Source: Anaerolineae bacterium (lineage in GTDB: Bacteria; Chloroflexota; Anaerolineae; JADYZS01). From it: 33,504 nt of DNA. The DNA is taken from assembly GCA_020853075.1 (NCBI GenBank), contig JADYZS010000047.1, forward strand, positions 1-33,504. Direction: 5' to 3'. The notes below the pieces were generated by a model that had not been told where the DNA came from, did not search any database, and was given only the letters and a program-made list of their open reading frames with translations. Shown here one piece after another: positions 30,544 through 33,504 of this stretch (positions within the stretch are counted from its first letter, which is position 1; each line of letters opens with the position of its first letter). The position numbers and the translations under genes are program-made.

Positions 30544-31896
30544 CTATTTGTACGTCACCTTGTAGTCGGCAGGCACGACCTCAAACCAGGTGTTGCCCGG
30601 CTTGAAAGGAACCGGCCGGCCATCGGGGAACAGATAGGCGGTGTTCCGGTCGGGCTGGCTGCGCCAGATGGCTTCAAACACCTGGCCGTCACGGAAGATG
30701 AGGGCTTTCCCTTCCCCCCATAGTTCAATGCGGATGCTCAGGCTCCCCAGGCTGTCCTCTTTGATGTCGGTGTTGGTGTGCCGGGCGAACTGCACCACCA
30801 CGTTTGCTGCACCCAACTGCTCTTTGGAGGCTGCGTCCACGTGGGGCGCAGCGGCCATCGCGCGCAGGTAGCGACCTCTGCCTGCATCGTAGGTCCAATC
30901 TACTTCGTTATCCAGGCGGGTGAATTTCGGATAGGGGATGTGGATAGACGTGGCAGGGCTGCCGCCTCCGGGCACGTCCGTCGCGAACAGGAAGCCGCGC
31001 ACCTGCACGGTCTTCTCCAAGCCTTTGTCAGCCAGCCATTTTCGCAAGCCTGCGGTGCTGGTTTGCAGGCGTGTGCGATAATCGGTACCTACGTTATAGA
31101 AGTAGCGGTTGTTACCGGGATCATCCAGGTCGCCATCCAGATAGGGGAAACTCGCCTTGTGTTTCAGTATCCAGCGCACCATGTCGCTGCCACCGGAGCA
31201 GGCGAGGAGGCCACCGAATTGGGCGGTGAGTTCCGCATTGATGAGGCGAGCAGAGCGTACCGGCCCGATGCGCTCCGCTTCCTGGCCCCAGAACACGGCA
31301 GTGAAACGGGTAATAAAGTACGACTCCATCACGTACTCGTACACCAGGTCGGCCTGGGCAAACCCATACTGCGGGCGGGCTTGCGGATCGTTATTGATGC
31401 AGACGTGCAACGGGCGGAGCGCGAGTTTCGCGGGGTCCACTTCCAGGCCGGTCAGAGGATTGACGTTGGCCGCTCGGGGCGGGAGGTCGGGCAGTGGTGA
31501 CACCTGAGGCACAGGGCCAAAAGGCGGTGGCAGAAGCCAGACCTCACCTCCGGCTCCCTGCCCGCCGGAACCTTTCGGCGTAATTGTCGGGACCGGGCCA
31601 CTGGCATTGCCCGATTTGGCTACGGGTGTGTCAGTCGGTGGAGCGGGCGTATCGGTCGGTGGCACAGGTGTATCAGTAGCCGGAGGCAACGGTGTCGCGG
31701 TAGGCGGTTCCACGGGAGTAGAGGTAGGCGGAATAGGAGTAGCGGTAGCGATAGGTGCCAGGCGCGGTGTCCTGGTTGGGGTTGGGGAAGGACGAGGTCG
31801 CGGGCTGCCGCACGCGCCCATCACCAGCAGAGCAATGAGCGCCACGAGCAGCATGACCAGGCCCCGCCACCGTCGGTACGACCGGCGAATGGTCAT
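30544..31896 (-). CDS. DUF3048 (YerB-like) lipoprotein with long Pro/Thr-rich linker
   Basis: The ATG at 31896 lies 9 nt after AAGGAGGA. The signal/lipobox-like sequence is LLVALIALLVMGAC. A Pro/Thr linker of about 70 aa follows. DUF3048-type motifs are present (VNPLTGLEVD, RPLHVCINNDPQARPQYGFAQADLVYEYVMESYFITRFTAVF). Confidence 0.75.
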   Translation of the reverse strand: MTIRRSYRRWRGLVMLLVALIALLVMGACGSPRPRPSPTPTRTPRLAPIATATPIPPTSTPVEPPTATPLPPATDTPVPPTDTPAPPTDTPVAKSGNASGPVPTITPKGSGGQGAGGEVWLLPPPFGPVPQVSPLPDLPPRAANVNPLTGLEVDPAKLALRPLHVCINNDPQARPQYGFAQADLVYEYVMESYFITRFTAVFWGQEAERIGPVRSARLINAELTAQFGGLLACSGGSDMVRWILKHKASFPYLDGDLDDPGNNRYFYNVGTDYRTRLQTSTAGLRKWLADKGLEKTVQVRGFLFATDVPGGGSPATSIHIPYPKFTRLDNEVDWTYDAGRGRYLRAMAAAPHVDAASKEQLGAANVVVQFARHTNTDIKEDSLGSLSIRIELWGEGKALIFRDGQVFEAIWRSQPDRNTAYLFPDGRPVPFKPGNTWFEVVPADYKVTYK

Positions 31897-31983
31897 GCGA
31901 AGGGTTCCTCCTTTGCGGAACGCCATGTTACCAATTATAGGGACGTGGGGCTGAACCAAATCGTTCCCAGTGTGCGATCCCTC

Positions 31984-33504
31984 TCAATAATCTACGCCCA
32001 ATCCGAAGATGCCGTTGCCCTGGTCACCGTAGAAGGAGCCGACGTAGAGGCGATAGTCGCCGTCGGGCACGGGAAGCACGGTAGTCAAAATGGGAACGTT
32101 CTCATTCTTCTGAGCGATCAGCCCTTGATGCTCACTAAAGGGCCCGTAGGTCTGAAGCCACCAGTGACCATCGGCTCCCTCGCGTTCGGTGTAGGCACTG
32201 TCGCCGCTGGTGTAGCGGGGGTCTTCAGCCTCAAAACGAAGTTCGCCGCCGTCAGGCCCGACCAGGCGCACGTAGTCGTAGGCGGCGTCATGCCCCGGTA
32301 TCGGCCCGATGCGCAGCGTCAGTCTTCCCCCGGAGACTTCCACCATACCCAGGTCAATGTCCCAGGGCGCGGAGGTGACGTTGCCCCGGAAGGTGCGCCG
32401 GGGGTTCCACGATGCCGTGCCCGGTTGGGCTTCTGGAATCGTCGTCGGAGAAGCCGATACCGCCCCCGGCTCCTGGACTACCGCGGCGCCCGCGCTCACC
32501 CGTAACGTGGTGAACATCAAGTCGTTGTTCGCGCTACGATATTGTTTCGCCTGCGCCTCCGGGTAACGCTGGCGCAGCACCTCTAAGACAGGCTCGTGGT
32601 TGGGGCTGACGATGTACAGCGCGTTTGCCGCAGGGGATTGGCCGGGGTCCATTGCCTCCGCTTCCGTTACTTCGTGCAGGGTGCGCCCATAGGCAAAGTA
32701 GTCTAGGAGTCGCTCGCGTGCGTAGGGCTCTTTGATCAGAAAGATCTGCACCGAAGGGTCCAGCGCGGCGATGAGGCGTCCCATGCGCACCAGCGGCTGC
32801 GCATTGTCTCTCACGTGCGCGTAATAGACTTCCCAATTGTTCAGGCCCACGAAGATCAATGCTGCTGCGATGAGGATTCCGCCTATCCGGTCTCCTACGT
32901 CACCCAACAACGAGCCGGCGGTATGCCACAACCGCTCCAACGCGACGGCGGCCAAGATACAGACTGGTATGAGGAGGACGATCAGGTGCGGCCAGAAGGG
33001 CGGGTCGTTGCTGATGAAGTTGCCCAGCAGCAAGGTTCCAACCACCCAAACGATCAGGAGCAAGTAACGCGCCTGGCGCACGTAGCGCAGGCTGTAGCCC
33101 AGGCCTAAGGCCAGGAATCCGGCGGTGAAGAGGTCCACGAACGGACGCGGCAAACCGAAGTGGGTGCTGGTATCACCATAAACGCTGAAGACCAAAATCG
33201 TGCGCTTGAAGTTCTCCCACAGGACACCGGAGAGAGAGGCGACGCCGTATTTGCCCCGGAGGTGAGTGATAACCGCCGGATTGAAGATGGTAACGATGCT
33301 GCCACGGCCCATCAAGAGGGCGGGGTTTTGCAGCCCGAAGGCCAGGAAGGGGCCAAACGCGCAGAGCGCGCCCGCAGCCATCAGCCCCCAACCGCCGAGA
33401 GTGCGGCGCATGACGTCCCGCTGCCAGAGGAAAAGCCAGGGAACCAGGAAAACCAGGATCACACCCATCATGCGCGTCGGATAATAGACCTGCAACCCCA
33501 ACCC
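31984..33504 (-). CDS. 3' part (507 codons) of a polytopic GT39/ArnT-like membrane protein with a C-terminal CBM-like beta domain; the 5' end lies beyond the window
   Basis: The open frame reaches the right edge. Multiple TM helices are followed by a soluble tail containing LRFEAEDPRYTSGDSAY...GADGHWW...DGDYRLYVGSFYG, a pattern reminiscent of carbohydrate-binding modules. The family call is tentative because the catalytic first loop is outside the window. Confidence 0.6.
   Translation of the reverse strand, partial: GLGLQVYYPTRMMGVILVFLVPWLFLWQRDVMRRTLGGWGLMAAGALCAFGPFLAFGLQNPALLMGRGSIVTIFNPAVITHLRGKYGVASLSGVLWENFKRTILVFSVYGDTSTHFGLPRPFVDLFTAGFLALGLGYSLRYVRQARYLLLIVWVVGTLLLGNFISNDPPFWPHLIVLLIPVCILAAVALERLWHTAGSLLGDVGDRIGGILIAAALIFVGLNNWEVYYAHVRDNAQPLVRMGRLIAALDPSVQIFLIKEPYARERLLDYFAYGRTLHEVTEAEAMDPGQSPAANALYIVSPNHEPVLEVLRQRYPEAQAKQYRSANNDLMFTTLRVSAGAAVVQEPGAVSASPTTIPEAQPGTASWNPRRTFRGNVTSAPWDIDLGMVEVSGGRLTLRIGPIPGHDAAYDYVRLVGPDGGELRFEAEDPRYTSGDSAYTEREGADGHWWLQTYGPFSEHQGLIAQKNENVPILTTVLPVPDGDYRLYVGSFYGDQGNGIFGLGVDY

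Noticed and set aside
1-33504. tRNA, rRNA, tmRNA, RNase P RNA, transposase or integrase genes
   Set aside because: I recognised no characteristic sequence blocks or ORFs on either strand. This is a visual negative only and should be confirmed with tRNAscan or Infernal and an IS search.

Overview
High-G+C bacterial chromosomal window, cut at both ends inside genes. A Tad locus without a secretin, Pro/Thr-rich linkers and several GT-C-type membrane glycosyltransferases suggest a monoderm-like lineage such as Chloroflexota; this is inference only. Five blocks are visible. (1) 1-11.6 kb, minus strand: a Flp/Tad pilus operon in non-canonical order, flp - tadE-like x2 - tadG-like(VWA) - cpaB - cpaE/tadZ - unannotated 53-aa membrane ORF - tadB - tadC - TPR/TM/PD40 protein - cpaF - stand-alone DnaB-C/KaiC-like RecA-fold ATPase - a further ORF leaving the window. 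(2) 12.3-16.4 kb: two polytopic GT-C-like membrane proteins, one of them DUF2029/GT87-like, and an M50 site-2 protease. (3) 16.8-25.1 kb, minus strand: a beta-oxidation operon, thiolase - 3-hydroxyacyl-CoA dehydrogenase - enoyl-CoA hydratase - two acyl-CoA dehydrogenases - etfB - etfA. (4) 25.5-30.4 kb, plus strand: corA, RNase D and a fused M23/M14 peptidase joined by CTGATGA stop/start overlaps, then a beta-CASP MBL RNase-like protein. (5) 30.5-33.5 kb, minus strand: a DUF3048-type lipoprotein with a Pro/Thr linker, and the 3' part of a GT39-like membrane protein with a CBM-like tail. The best candidate for something undescribed is the Tad operon with its extra RecA-fold ATPase, which resembles the archaeal ArlI/ArlH pairing, and its TPR-PD40 envelope protein. 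The second striking layer is non-coding. At least three families of modular palindromic repeats fill nearly every intergenic gap: TCAGCGGAT-bounded elements, GCCGTCGG/CCCGC-AGA-GCGGG hairpin cassettes, and CACGGAG/CACAAAG octamer palindromes. They include a 35-nt perfect inverted copy pair 6.3 kb apart and a compensatory base-pair change between copies. No rRNA, tRNA, CRISPR array or transposase was recognised. All coordinates and motifs were derived by hand from the sequence and the ORF track; no database search was run.
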